Shown in pieces: positions 13,404 through 27,968 of a stretch of DNA of 64,000 bases; within the stretch, counting starts at the first letter, position 1; each line of letters begins with the position of its first letter. The notes below the pieces were generated by a model. It made no database searches, had not been told where the DNA came from, and saw only the letters and a list, made by a program, of their open reading frames with translations. The position numbers and the translations under genes are program-made. The DNA is taken from NCBI RefSeq assembly GCF_964204645.1, contig NC_134025.1, forward strand, positions 10,044,001 through 10,108,000, in the 5' to 3' direction. Source of the DNA: Tubulanus polymorphus (lineage: Eukaryota > Animalia > Nemertea).

Positions 13404-15601
13404 ACAATCAGATTTCCATTTTGCTTTCATCGAATTTTAATTAACAGCGACCATACAAATCATCAGATCTGCATTGTCACTGATTGGTTATTGCGTGTCG
13501 GAATGTTTTGACGGAGCACGTAGCTATCGAAACAATATTTCTCGTTTTTTTTAAACGACATGTTTGTTTCAGGAAACGACGTTTCTGTTTTTTCTGTTTC
13601 ATGTTTCTTAATGCTGTATGTAAGTGCTAGGCTGGGCACCAGCAGCACGCACAAACCGGTCTAAGACTGGTAATCATATGACTAGTGTTAGAAATAAGAC
13701 TGGACCTAAGATTTGTGATTCACACCAACTTGAAGAGGACTTTTTCAGAGTTGTTCAATATGGTCCCAGAGTAACGTCCGAAAAGTATTTCCTTGAGCTT
13801 ATTCAACGTTTCGACTATATCTTCATCTTCAGAAATACTGTAGGCCTATTCTATATTGAGCATATCTGATTCTACTGTATCATACGTTATACAATAATTC
13901 AAAAAGATGCTCGAACATTATTGACAAATATCACCGACTATGAATAACAGTCATTCATAAAATTTCAATTTCAATCGCATAATGTCTTACCAATAATAGC
14001 TAGAAATTTTAATGTTAGCTCGGATGGAGTTAATCCCCTTCTAATTGGGAGGCGAACAAAAACCTGTCTATCACGGCCGGCGATAAAGGATCCATTTCAC
14101 AACGGACAAAATGGCTAACGGCGCGTAGATATGAACGGGCTGGGGCGATTCCCAGGAACCCGGACGATCAACACCCAACACCAGACGTACGAACGTCAAC
14201 TTCAAAGACGCGCTTTTGTTCGTGTATGTATAAGGCTAATACGGATCAACCTGTTCTTGCGTAAACTATAATCCAGGACAAACGCTGCGGGGAAGAAACC
14301 AATTACGATGACCATCATCGCGATTAACACCATCGCGGTCAACGCTTTCAATACGATGATAACCACAGGATTAGATACATAGGACATAGTACAAAGTCGT
14401 GACCTATGATAATGACTTTTCCCATGGGAATTTCAAACCTTAAAAAACTAATAGCACAAACAAAAAGTTACCTATGATTGACAAATGTTTTCCATGGAAA
14501 TGAACAATCAGATTTCCATTTTGCTTTCATCGAATTTTAATTAACAGCGACCATACAAATCATCAGATCTGCATTGTCACTGATTGGTTATTGCGTGTCG
14601 GAATGTTTTGACGGAGCACGTAGCTATCGAAACAATATTTCTCGTTTTTTTTAAACGACATGTTTGTTTCAGGAAACGACGTTTCTGTTTTTTCTGTTTC
14701 ATGTTTCTTAATGCTGTATGTAAGTGCTAGGCTGGGCACCAGCAGCACGCACAAACCGGTCTAAGACTGGTAATCATATGACTAGTGTTAGAAATAAGAC
14801 TGGACCTAAGATTTGTGATTCACACCAACTTGAAGAGGACTTTTTCAGAGTTGTTCAATATGGTCCCAGAGTAACGTCCGAAAAGTATTTCCTTGAGCTT
14901 ATTCAACGTTTCGACTATATCTTCATCTTCAGAAATACTGTAGGCCTATTCTATATTGAGCATATCTGATTCTACTGTATCATACGTTATACAATAATTC
15001 AAAAAGATGCTCGAACATTATTGACAAATATCACCGACTATGAATAACAGTCATTCATAAAATTTCAATTTCAATCGCATAATGTCTTACCAATAATAGC
15101 TAGAAATTTTAATGTTAGCTCGGATGGAGTTAATCCCCTTCTAATTGGGAGGCGAACAAAAACCTGTCTATCACGGCCGGCGATAAAGGATCCATTTCAC
15201 AACGGACAAAATGGCTAACGGCGCGTAGATATGAACGGGCTGGGGCGATTCCCAGGAACCCGGACGATCAACACCCAACACCAGACGTACGAACGTCAAC
15301 TTCAAAGACGCGCTTTTGTTCGTGTATGTATAAGGCTAATACGGATCAACCTGTTCTTGCGTAAACTATAATCCAGGACAAACGCTGCGGGGAAGAAACC
15401 AATTACGATGACCATCATCGCGATTAACACCATCGCGGTCAACGCTTTCAATACGATGATAACCACAGGATTAGATACATAGGACATAGTACAAAGTCGT
15501 GACCTATGATAATGACTTTTCCCATGGGAATTTCAAACCTTAAAAAACTAATAGCACAAACAAAAAGTTACCTATGATTGACAAATGTTTTCCATGGAAA
15601 T
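13404..15601 (+). repeat. Apparently perfect tandem duplication, 1098-bp unit at 1100-bp offset
   Basis: 13404-14501 matches 14504-15601 with no difference seen on reading, separated by 2 nt (ga). The ORF track is duplicated with a +1100 offset. Confidence 0.97.
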
Positions 15602-17468
15602 ATCGAACGCAATAAATACAGTCAAGCCTGGACGAGGCTTCCTGGGTGTTTGCTGCCAGGCCAAGGATGCCCATCAGTCCGGTCAAAGCGCCCTATTGGG
15701 AAAGATTAGATTAAGATTAGAAATTTTATCGTCCACAAAAAAATTTGCATTGACAAGAGCATGTACTGTCGATGCTGCCATGTACAGCAGGGTGTAACGG
15801 TAGATCCAACATGCTTGATATTTCAGTGCCCTAACAGTTGAACCTCATTGATACGATTCTGTTAGAGACGAAGCCCATTTATTACAATGATATCCGGCAT
15901 GTCCCAGCTAATATATTCATATCAATCCAGATTTGGATAAAATGAAACCTATTTATTATGACAATTTCACTTTTGCCCAGAAGATTCGGATTAACGAGGT
16001 TCCACTATAATTAGACTGGGCAGAACTTGTCACATCACAATAGGGCACTTTGATATCAAAATATTGGGCAATATTTGGCCCAATCGTGCAATGAATTGCA
16101 CCAAAAGATTTTATGGACTTGTACAAGTCTCACACGTCGCCCTCAATTGTTTCAATCACCCAAACCAGGTTGGCTATAAATCATTAAATCATACATCTAC
16201 CCAGCTCTCCAACACGACCTAGGAAAGTGGTGTGCAACAGACTTGAGGAGAAATGTTTTCGAAACCAAAATCAATTGATTATGTTTAACGCTAGCGCAGC
16301 TTTCTGATTTTTCTAAATTATTCACAGCCTGATCATACTTGTTTTAACAAACTCTGTTTAACCAGCGGAAGTATTTCAAAATATTTGACGAGCACCTGCT
16401 TAGATACCGTCGTCGCCGGAACAATCTCTTACCCCCGCAGCTACGTGCGGCATATGAATGTTAACCGTTCTGTTGACACAAAAAGTGACAATTAAAACAG
16501 AACTTTTCGGTTTACTTAAAGCCGGTGGCAATAATCTGAGTAAACTCAACCAACATCGCCCCGAAGCGCTATTGTTACACATTGTTCTGATGTAATCAGT
16601 GAATCAGAGAGAGAGAGGGAGACACACACACATGAAGCAAATCTACACGCAGTTTGCTTTTCTGTCGAAATGAACCGACTGTTTACCGACAGCAGTCTGA
16701 ATCAAAACGGACCGAACAGCTGATAATACTAAGTAAGTCGTAATATCGATATGGTACATTTCGAAATTAAAATCATTACTTGGATGAAATTTCTAAACAA
16801 ACCAGACAGCGGCAATCATGGATTCCACTTGTGGCAAGGTTCGATGTCCCGCGCTTCGGTTCAGTTTTGTTGAATATCATAAATGTTCTGCTGAATGCCT
16901 GACAAGGCTAGAAGGTGGCCACTTTCTGCCAATTTACAAATCCCCTGAGTTTTCCATGATTTTTTTTCATGTTATAACGCAAAATTCCTTGAGTAAATCC
17001 GAGGATTTCATTAGTTTAAAATGTCATAATTTATTCATTTTGTACAGATCATGTAAAGAAACACGTGGTCAATAACATATCCAAATCCCTGAGTTTTCCC
17101 GATTGTTTCTAGATTATTCTGAATCCCCGAATTTTCCAGGTTTTCCAGGTCAGTGACATTTCAAGAGTAAATTATAAATTCTATCTATCAGTTTTCCCGT
17201 AGACTGATCGACCGTATATTGCAACGACGTGTATGGAATGCAATATGCATACAAATTATCGGAAGTTCAGAGAATAACCTTTCTGCATAATTATTGATGA
17301 CCATATCATCTTTCTTCCGAAATTATCAATATCTTCCGAAATCATCAATAACTAATCGACTTAAAGGGAAACTTTCTCTGCAAAGTAATCGATGGATGAA
17401 AAATCATTTCCCGGGAAGGACACCCGTGTTTTCTACCAGATACTGGAAGTATATACTCGCTATGCTAT

Positions 17469-17753
17469 AGCCGCGATCACACGGAGATGATTTGGCCCGG
17501 GCCAAATTGGTACGGAGCAGGCTCGGGCAAAATTTGGCCACTCACTCGATACTAAACAATGCTCAAACAAAGCGAAGTGGATCATTTCCGGTGCCAGTTG
17601 CCATTCAAACGCAATCATTTGTCTGGTGCTAAAATTTGGCTCGGGCCTGGTCCGACGTTTTTGGTCGGGCCAAACAGGCTCGGGCCCATTTGGCACTCGT
17701 GTAAACAGTTGCCAAATTTGGCACGGGCCAAAAATGCTCGTGTGATCGTGGCT
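17469..17753. mobile_element. PIF/Harbinger-like MITE, full-length copy
   Basis: TIRs AGCCGCGATCACACG / CGTGTGATCGTGGCT, flanked on both sides by TAT. Related copies at ~1-112, ~1640-1903, ~17886-17972, ~27375-27561 and ~53421-53746. Confidence 0.8.
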
Positions 17754-17856
17754 TATGGTTTACGTTTTTTTACTTGCTCTGCGCCAGTTTTACGGAATGC
17801 TCTACCCAGTGCCTTAACATCTATCGAATCATTAGAGCGTTTTAAAACTCTGAAAT
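17754..17856 (+). mobile_element. L2/CR1-clade LINE ORF2 C-terminal remnant
   Basis: YGLRFFTCSAPVLRNALPSALTSIESLERFKTLK matches the YG.R.F...AP.LWN.LP......S...FK..LK signature. Confidence 0.65.
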
Positions 17857-20800
17857 TCGCACTCGACATTTTAACCGAATTTCCACCTCTAATTAGGCAC
17901 AGGCCAAATTAGATTCGAGCCTGATCCGTACCCATTTTGCCCCCACCAATTCGTCATCGTGCGATCGCGGCCCAGAAAGAAGAATATGGGCAATCCGTCG
18001 CAACTGGAGTCACTGGCAACTGCAAAAGCACTCGTCAACAGAACCAACTTAAGCTTGCCTTAACATAACTAAAGGTCATTCAACTCTACTTCGACAAAAT
18101 GCAGCAGTTTTTTAACAAAAACCTGTTCCAATTCTTTAACTTAATGGACTGACCATAGAGTGTTTGTTGGTAGGGCGTCGTCGATTGTCGCTGAAGACGG
18201 TCGCAGATGGAACACTTCTGACGCGAAACGACGTTCGCGTTTTCATTATCTTGACGGCAAAAATCGCGTCACATGTTTTTAGTTGAAAAGATAACAATTT
18301 TCTTTTCAAACAAGAGCGAAGAATGACTCGTAGATTAAAACACCAGTATTAACGACTCTGTCATCGGGTGTTCGACCGGGCCATTGTGCGCGCGTTATGA
18401 GAAAAAGCCCGATTCAAATCTCCTTTTCTCATTAAGCGGATATCAACTTTCATAATTCTGAAAGGTGAGGCTCTTGTAAAAGGTGACTAATGCGAAAAGA
18501 GATGTGCGCGACTTCTAAATAATCGTCCGACGTCTCGTGTGTCAACGTCGTCCATTGTCGATTCAATCAACATTAGAGGTGGTTACTTCATTACAATCTC
18601 ATTAAAAACCGGCATTAATCCCATTTGTTTAACCAACGGTCAACATAATGTTCACCATTCAATTATCATTACATATGCATGGCCGTACATAGCGCGGCGC
18701 GTGGCAGGGGGAACAGTCGTCCCCACGCCAGAAATTTTGGAAAAGTGCCCTTTTTGCAAATATCGTTATATCCAATAGAAATCTAACGTCGTCCTTCACA
18801 TGGACTGCCACCATTTTGTTATAGGCCTAACAGAGTTTTTAGGGCCCATTAGAAGAATCATTGTATCTGTCTTTTACTTTAGGTAACTGCCCTTTTTCGG
18901 GTTCCTCTACCCCGCAACATTCAAATGCTAGGTACAGCCCTGATATGAATTATGATGGTAACCAGATTTAATGAACTACCAAACTTTATTCACCAAAAGT
19001 GGAATCAGATTTCGCTGGACTCAGTTGCACTGTCCTACGTCAAACGTTTGAATACAGAAAAATCATCCTATTTAAAAAACGAAAGAAGTTAAATATCGGT
19101 TGTAAATATCAATCAAAATATTCTTAGAAAAAAAGATGATCTTGAATATAGGTTTGCTGAAACCGGACAGATCTTACTCCTGTGACAACACTCACTGTAT
19201 AGATAAAGAGATGAAGAGGGCATAGTATCGAACATAGAATTAACAAAACCAGCCTCACTTCTTTCCAGTAGACTTGCTCAGTTTTTACACACATTATGTG
19301 GTATTCATCAGAATGCTAGAACTTCAAGGTCGAAATGAAATTATTTCAATAGAATTATTGAAGCAATGACAATGCAAAAAGTGTCATATTGCCATTTAAC
19401 CTGCTTAATTGCGCTATATTTTGGGAAAATGGTGATGAAGTTAACACATTAAATTCATGCTCTGGTTAACACACAATGCGAATGTGAATACAGAGATTTC
19501 ATCGATAAACCAAACGGCATTTCTAAGGATGATCATGAGCATGATTTACAAATGGACTAACGTCGCTTTACAAATTTACAAGCATTCTAGCCCCGGCAGA
19601 TAGGTTCAAGGTTCCTCTCCATCTTCACCTGGGTTCAATAGGCTATTCAGAAACCATTTTCCATTTTCCTTTCTCAAATGCAGTAGGCCATAAACTAACT
19701 TACTTCAGAATGCGTTTACCGGGATTTGTCGATTACAACAATGTTCATAAACAAGATCGGTGTTTGAATATTCTATTCAATAAACGCTTTTCACACAACA
19801 TCACTGTTTGAATTGAATACAATTGAATACATCTCTCGCGCTCATAAATACTCAAAACGAAATACCCGGAAACCCTCTTATTTCACTTCGCCGACAATAT
19901 TGCTTGGTGCTTTTAAAAAGATATGAAAAAAATGGATGCCCCGAATAAAACAATGAACTACGGTTGTAATTGATGCCTGCAGATGTCGGCAATGAATAGG
20001 TGCTGTATGAAACAATTTCGAGCACTAGTGTGCACCCCAGCAGGAGAGTGGATCGCCGAGGAACGCTCGCTCCGGGGGCGAGGGGAAACGCGTCCTGCAT
20101 AATCGCACGTAAACGTGTCTTTTAAATTCTTTTTTGGTGATTGTTACGGTTATTTTCGACGTCGAAGGGCGCATCCCTCCCCTTCGACGAATTTCCACGC
20201 GCCTGAAAATGAAACATCGCGTTAATTAGTATCAATAGCCGGTTACGATTGTTCGTACCCCGTCGAGACGCGGGAATATTTCGAAAACTTTGAGAAACGG
20301 GCCTCGAGGTAGCGGGAATAATTGTGCCAAGACTCTTGTGCCATCGGGGAAACAATATTAACATATGAAGTAGTTTAATTGCGCATCGGCATAACAATTT
20401 GGGGCTCAGAAAATATATTTTGAATCTATAATTCGAATAAGTTAAACATTAAGAGAACTTGCTTAAAACTGTTATCCTAACAGAAAGTGAATTAGGGTAT
20501 TTCAAATCTGTCCTTATCATATGCATCTAAACCAAAGAACCAGAATACATGCATCCATGAAAAATGATCATATCATTTATGATTTACTTCAATTTTGTTA
20601 CATTTCTACATTTTCCTAAACATCTTTGCATTTGTCCTTCAAATTACCCAATGCATTGCAAAATTGACTTGCGAATAAGCCTGGGATAACTAAACCAGAC
20701 TTTTGTCACCACCGATAGCCATTGAGAACCACTTGAAATTGGGTAATTCGTCATAATTTCAAACACCCCTCCTGATGACGAGCTCAGTGGAAACTTCTGA

Positions 20801-22717
20801 ACAATTGGAGATGAAACCACTTCAGATGAATGGCTATCTGTGGGAAACCAGGTTAGTTTGCGCTGTTTGTACTATCACCTGGGAAAGTGCTCAACTGGGG
20901 TTTGTAACATCGGAGAGGGTGCGCACTTATTGAAAATTACATCTTCAATTTCAACATGATTGTATTACGTAACGCGGAACAATGAAGATTAGGCTTCACT
21001 AAACATCGGTAATTGGTCAACGTGTGAAAACTGTAAGGTTTCACTATCAACACCTAAGGCACAAAATCATGATACACTGGAGCCGTTGAATGAGTCGTCA
21101 ATCACTGCGCATTCACTAAATCCGGATTCCGATGAATTTGTGTTTTCACTAGATTATTCTTGCAGAGCGCCACTGCGATGGCAGGAGAGACACTAGCTAG
21201 ACTACCATACACATGCGTGTAAATTTTTCCAAGTAATTCAACGGAAGAATCAGGTTTCTTAAAAATCCAGATGGAATGAGGCCTTAATAGATGAACGGAG
21301 ATCCAATGGGTCCCTTATCACTAAATCAGAATCCATTCTCGGACAGGATCAATGTTTGGAAAAAGTTTGCCAAGATTTAAGCCGCATTATTTTAAGCATT
21401 TTTAGCCTGTTCCAAATTAGACCCAGGACAACAGTTCACACCGATGCCAAATTGAAACCATTTGAAATGGGTTTGTGCTGTTTAGACAAAGAACAAGTGG
21501 ACAAATGGTAAGAGGAGACATGACATCTGGACCGGTGTTTAAGTTTCTCATATCGAATATTAGTGGAAAATATAGCATTGAAACTACGGTCATTTTAAAG
21601 TAAATCAGGAGCTTTTCCCTGATTTTGTTCAAGATATCTCTGATTCACCGAGTTATCCAGGTTTTCTAGGTCGTCAGTGGCCACCCCGCAACGTATGTGA
21701 GTAATGAATAAGAAAAAAAAATACATAAATAGTATCGCGATCTCAGAACTCTGCACGACCTGAAATACAAATGGCACAATGGCAGGACACCAACAACTGT
21801 TAAACATTGCGATATTCATTCCGAACTTAATGAAATTGTACCACTACCTGTGACTTTTTGTCACATAGCCATTGAACGGGGCAGAAGCTTTTTGCGTCGT
21901 TGCTGGAATATCCAGTCGACCTCTATTGTACGGTGCACTTCAATAATTGAGATAGAAAGCTGTGTTTCAATGCCCGGCCGTTAATGCCTCTTTATTTCGA
22001 AGAGAGAAATCGACGACTGCAAAAAATTGTATCAGTAACACCGCGATGATTAGTAACAGCGGAGGCGGCCATTACGCCGCGCGCGTTTCTATACGCGATC
22101 AGCGGGAGCGATCGATCGCGACGCGGCAATCACTATAGCTGTCTGTCAAATCGCTTATTGGCAAAAACTGCCTTCCGATCCGCGAGTGCACTCTCTCAAT
22201 AGGGAAACAGCGCGCCCCTCGCTGCGATAAACGGGATTTTAGACACGACAAAACAAAAATCGCCGGGGCAAAGCGTTTTATATACTTGTGGTTTAATGCG
22301 ACTGTCGACTAGAGGGGGCAACTGAAACCAGATTGTGTGTGTGTGTGTGTATGTCGAGTTAGAGGTTCCGTGCTGGTTTCATCATCAGTCGTTGCACAAT
22401 GCCGGCATTTTATTTCGAAAGACCGACCGCCGCAAACAATATACCAGAGGCATTTACTCTCATTAGTCCGTCCTACGCGATACGTCGAATGATTGGAAAC
22501 TCAAATAGTTTTATCGACAACGAAACGTAGAAAACATGGGAACAAATATTTCATTTCATTCGCAGTTCTGGTACATTAGGGTTCACGTGTGAAAATTTCA
22601 GTTTCTGATTTGGTCGTCGAGGTTTCCGTCTGTGTGATGCACCGAATACCGAGTGCAAAAACTCATACCTCCTGCCCAAACACCGCCATCATGTCCCTCA
22701 CTTGCAGCAATTCGAAC

Positions 22718-23142
22718 CAGGGTCCATTACAGATCAGTCATTCCTGGAAGGAATTTTCAACCAGTTTTAAAGAGTTCTAAATGTCGGCATCACTTTTATA
22801 TCCTAATTACTGTAGACTCCTCATAAATTGGTACTGTTTATCTCGGTAAACCATTAATTTGGTGGTTAAGTAGACAAATTTCTATCCTATACGCTACCTA
22901 AACTTGGTTTCGGATTTGGTAACATCCTAATTAGGTTTTTAGAAAATCCTGGTCGCAACTGTACCTATTTAGGCGTAGTCTACTGTACAACTACAAACAT
23001 TTCTAATTGCCTATTTCTCAAAATTGAAGTTGTTTTTAAGGAGTTTCATGCATTCTGCTCAAATTAAGAGAGTTCCAACACTTTAAAAACATTTTCTGTT
23101 TAGAAGGAGTTTTCAAGGAATGAAGGAGGTGTAGGAACCATG
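22718..23142. mobile_element. Copy of the ~430-bp CAGGGT MITE family
   Basis: cagggtccattacagatcagtcattcctgg ... gtgtaggaaccatg, reverse-oriented relative to 60620-61049. Confidence 0.65.
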
Positions 23143-25237
23143 TCAAACCCGAGCACAAAAAAGTTATGGAGCATCAATGTGATTGAACATGAAATTTTGA
23201 ATGGTTGCGTGCGCGAAAACGAGGGACACAAAAATTTTTCATAAATGGTTCAATCATCAGATTCCCCCGAAGATCCTTATCAGTAAAATCTCTGCCCGAC
23301 AAAAAGAATCTGATGAATCAGATTCTGAACACCGCAGAACAAAAACTCCAAAACATCCTAAACAATGACCCCAGGTGGTCGATATTTCCGAAATCAAACT
23401 CAATCCCCTAATGATGTCAGTGGGAATTATGGTTTCATCGAAAAACAAACGCCGCTGTGAAAAAACGGTTCCACGTTTCTTACGAGAAAAGGTCCATTCT
23501 TCGCCGAGCGCCGGGAAACAGCGCGATGCGTTGGGTGTAAACGGCTCAAGACAGATGCTTTCGTTCCCCCGACTACTTCGAACTGATAGGGTGCCTTTCG
23601 AATCCCGCTGCGCTGCCAGACAAAAAGTAATCATCGTCGAATTTCCGTCGTAAGTTGCTGGTGACTATTGTTCGCGTCGGCCGGCCGTGATTGGGTGGTG
23701 GCTTTCACCGCCGTCCTCCCCCACTGTTCGACGACCGCCCGTCGGGAGAAAGGTTGAGAATGCCGGTCCGATTACCCATAGAAATAGAGATAAATTAACG
23801 ACGGTATTTTTTTCAAATGTGCCCCCGAAACACAATATCGCCGCGCTCCGATGGGACAAGATAGCTATTAACGCCGACGACGAACCAGCATACGCGCATG
23901 CAACAACGAACGACACGACGCTTAATTATTTCGTCTTTCTCTACGAAGCCCTCGACTGCCAAAAGATGCGTGCGACGTATCCTCTCATCGTCGTTCGTTG
24001 TAAACGCAAAATTATCAATTCAATTTACAATCGATAGCTACAACGTCAAAAGTGATCCTTTTAATGACGACGACGAACGAACAAAAAACAACGATCCGGT
24101 GCGCTTGAGACCGGCGAGCGATGTCGAGATCGCGATATCGCGGCGTAAGCTGCAAAATAGAAACAGAATATAAAGAGAGTGCTGTCGCGGCAAAACAAAA
24201 AGTTATCGTCGTTTCACTGAATAGAGGTGCGGCCTTTGATGATACCTTCGGAGTATCACATGTCTCTCGAAGCGCTGGATTTCGATATGAAATCCGATAT
24301 CGAAGCGAAAATTCACCATTTCACCGTTTCAAGAATTACGACTATTCAAAGACATCCTGGGTGTAGCCCGTCGTGCGTAATTCAAATACTCGACACAATA
24401 GATAAACTATTTATAGAGAATTAGAGCTTCGTTCTTCATCTAATTGTGTAACTAATGCTGCAGCAGGTCGTTCAATTTTTTGTATCGCCCTAAAGTTTTT
24501 CGAAAGTCAGTTTTGTCGAACTGGTATTCGCATGTTAACGGGCGAGAGATGTCCACCGACTCAATATCGCCAGTAACTATCGCGGCGAACGTAATTGAGT
24601 GGAAAAACCATCCGCGAAAAAAGGCCATCGGCCGTTTCGATTGTTTTACAGATGGTGATCTATTGACGTCGCGTCGCGTTACCGGGATTATTAGTCGACC
24701 GTCGGCCTCTTGTTTTCACCCGGGGGCCCCCGTGCGACGCAAGCAGTGTCCGCATGTTCCCCGCACGATTCTGACGGTCCAAACCCCGCGGACCCGCCGA
24801 AAAATGCTATTCGATTCACCGCGCAAATTAGCATAGTTATTTGCGCGCCGAGTAAGGAGCCTGTCTTATGAATAGTTGTCTAATATGAAACTCAGCCGGG
24901 TATCCACTTTCAACTATGTCGTCTTCCCCCAGTGACCGTAGCTCAATTATCGGCTAACAAAGAAAATGACCATAACAATGTAATGATCATTAAACTGCGC
25001 TCTCGGGGCCATGTTCCCGTTATCTGATGTTTAACGCATTCAAATTGAGGATATTATTGATGATGTCGTCAATATCTGCCACATGGGGGAGCTACTACGA
25101 TGTAGACGAGTAAAATCTGCATGTATAGTGCGCATATCAGCCACTAGGTAGAGCACCCCATTATGAAAACTGTACAACTGGATTTCAGCGCAAATACCTT
25201 TCTAATAGTACGATAACCACACTCAAACGTAGTGAAC

Positions 25238-25460
25238 GGATAATAAGATAAAAACCCACTATGTACAAATTAAAAGAATTTAAAAACGAGAATTTATTTA
25301 TTCAAACAATCTAATATATAAAATACAAGACGTTTCGATCTCACCTTGTGTTCATCGTGTATTTCATCTCATATCATCGTGTATTTTATATTTTTTAGAT
25401 TGTTCGAATAAATAAATTCTCGTTTTTAAATTCTTTTAATTTGTTTTTATCTTATTAACC
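25238..25460. repeat. Long AT-rich palindrome, Penelope-pLTR-like relic
   Basis: Arms acaaattaaaagaatttaaaaacgagaatttatttattcaaacaatcta / tagattgttcgaataaataaattctcgtttttaaattcttttaatttgt are near-perfect reverse complements. The loop contains gacgtttcga (minus strand tcgaaacgtc, hammerhead half-core). Confidence 0.8.
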
Positions 25461-27756
25461 TTTCTAGCAAGTTTAATAGATTAGATTTAATAGATTACCA
25501 CAATCTAACTAATGTTCCTCCTTTTACTAAATGAAAATAAAGACCTTACTTTTGAGATGAACTGCGTACTATCAAAAAGAGTTGCCAGTTTTATTACAAG
25601 TCAAAATTGTTCTAAAAACTTTATCACAGCATAAATTTTGTTCAACTATAGATGTCAAACTGCTTATAGTACCTCAAATATAATTAAATACCTATGCAAT
25701 TTGTGAAGCGTAAAACTAGTTATGTATAGAAGACCTTATCTAAATTAATGTTTACTGATTGAAAAGAAACAAAACAAAGATACCCAGTGTTAAAGAATGC
25801 CATTTTTAAACGACCTCCTTGTCTTACTTTAATGACGCCAGACTTTTTTCAGTATATATTTCAGTCTGACTGTGTGGGTTTTACTTAACAATTAACAGAA
25901 CTCGGAAACAAATTATCTTTTCACGACGAAAAAAATGTGCGACACCTTACTGATACCGCAAGGTGGTTAGCGCGGCCACCTTCCCTAGATCGTCTACAAA
26001 GGGCCCATTAATATGCTATTGTTTGTCGCATGGAAACGCAATTGCCTCTGACAGCAAGTCATTACGGCATTTGTTTTTCCCTCGAACCTGCCTTCGCAAC
26101 TATTGAAATTTCAACAATTTTTCATACCATCTGTTGTTCTTACCTTTAGTGGAGACGCTTTGAAGCGAGCCACACGCCCGGTAATATATCGACAGCCGAT
26201 AGATTTCGAATTAGGCCCAGTGTGAATCTAATAATCGTTAAGACGGAAACTAATTTACACGTGTATAGGCCAATTGCGCTCTCAGCGCCCGGCAGGACGG
26301 CGACGAAAGACGCGCGGGTTCGGTCTTCGAAAATAACCCCCGGTCGCCTGGCGTATTCATAAAAAACAGCTGCAAGTCCGACGGTTAACGGTGGCATAAA
26401 TGAAGCAACTTTCTATACGTTCGCGCGCAGCACTTCAATTATTCAGCCGCTAGTTGGGTTTCTCAGATTCGGACGACCACTGAGTTGGCCTCCGGCGTAA
26501 AACTATGATCTCTTGTCGTGAATGAGAGCTGCCGTTACGTTTCAGATAGAAGAAACAGCATTTTCGCTCGAGGGCTCGCCAATAAAAACGCATAATTTGA
26601 TGAAGCCCAATTAGGTGATCATCTAAAAGATACAAGACAGTGCGGCCCCGCGGGACCGGAAAATAGACCACCTGACTGTTTTTATTACATCTTTGCATAT
26701 AGGGGCCGTGGCTTAAAAATACCCAGTTGTTGATCGAAATTTCTCCAATCTGACAAGTACGGGACACTTTGACCCACATTTAATGGAGGAAATTTTGAAA
26801 AAAAAAATTCTTCTTATCTGTAACTATTCAAAGCCTTAGCCCTGTTGCTTCGATAAAGTAAGGAAGTACTAGACCGCTATAAAAAACTAACCTTTCTGAA
26901 GAGATCGTCGAATTTCTCAATTTTGAATTCATGCGCTTGATTAACTGAAAAAAAGAAGATATCGATTCAAGACTAAATTAAGATCGTCGATTTTCAGTGA
27001 AAAGTTTATTGAACCAGATTTCGTTATTAGCGCAATAAGCCGTCGCACGACAGCAAAATAAACACGGCAACTACCTGAAAGTCATTAATATCCTGATGAT
27101 ATAAATTCACTTTGGGGCAAATTATGGATGATGAAACGGATATTGCAAGTGAATACACTTTTAGTTTACTCAGATACACATCATTTTCGAAGATTCATTA
27201 GAAGCTTTGTACATAGAAAAAACTCTGCCTTAGGCGGATTATCAAGATTGCTAACCAAGGTACAAGTCGTGTACATGCTACAAACTGACACCATTACAGA
27301 AATTTGGATCCAATTTTTAGTAGAACTATCATCAGCGCTCTTAAGAAACAGGTGGACAGAAATGTCATGAATGTTTAATTTGGCCCATGTCTAATTAGAT
27401 AGCGCTTTCACTCACTCGATTAAACAAAGTGAAGTGAGTCACTTCCGGAACTTGTTACAATTCATTGCCTGGTCTGACGTTTTTGGTGGGCCAAATAGGT
27501 GCGGACCAGTTTGTCAGCTGCTTAAAGTTGTTGGCCAAAAACACTCATGCGATCGTGGCTAATATCACCAAGGCATTGGAGTAGGGAATTCCACACAATG
27601 TCCCAAATGCGGGTCTGCAAAATGACTTGGGCCGATATGACCAAACTGGGAGAAGGTGCTGTGACTTTCAAGTTGAAGTGTTCAGACTGTGATATCAACT
27701 GTCAAAGGCATGGGTAAGAGGGAGCCAGGTTATGGCAAAGAAGAGAGATAGAGAAA

Positions 27757-27968
27757 TTTTATTATCCTGCTCCTAATTTTTGGAATGAACTACCGCGTAG
27801 CATAAGAAAGCCTCCATCTGTCTCAGCCTTCAAATCCAGATTGAAAACTTTTCTTTTTAAAAACACCTATGGTGATTAATTTTACTTTTATAATGTAGTT
27901 TTAGATTGTAAAGTGCGGTGGTTAATATCTTATAACCGTGCTGTATAAGAAAATATATTATTATTATT
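27757..27968 (+). mobile_element. 3' end of an L2/CR1-clade LINE
   Basis: Encodes FYYPAPNFWNELPRSIRKPPSVSAFKSRLKTFLFKNTYGD*, the typical ORF2 C-terminus, followed by tgtaaagtgc...gtgctgtataa and an (att)n tail. Confidence 0.8.
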
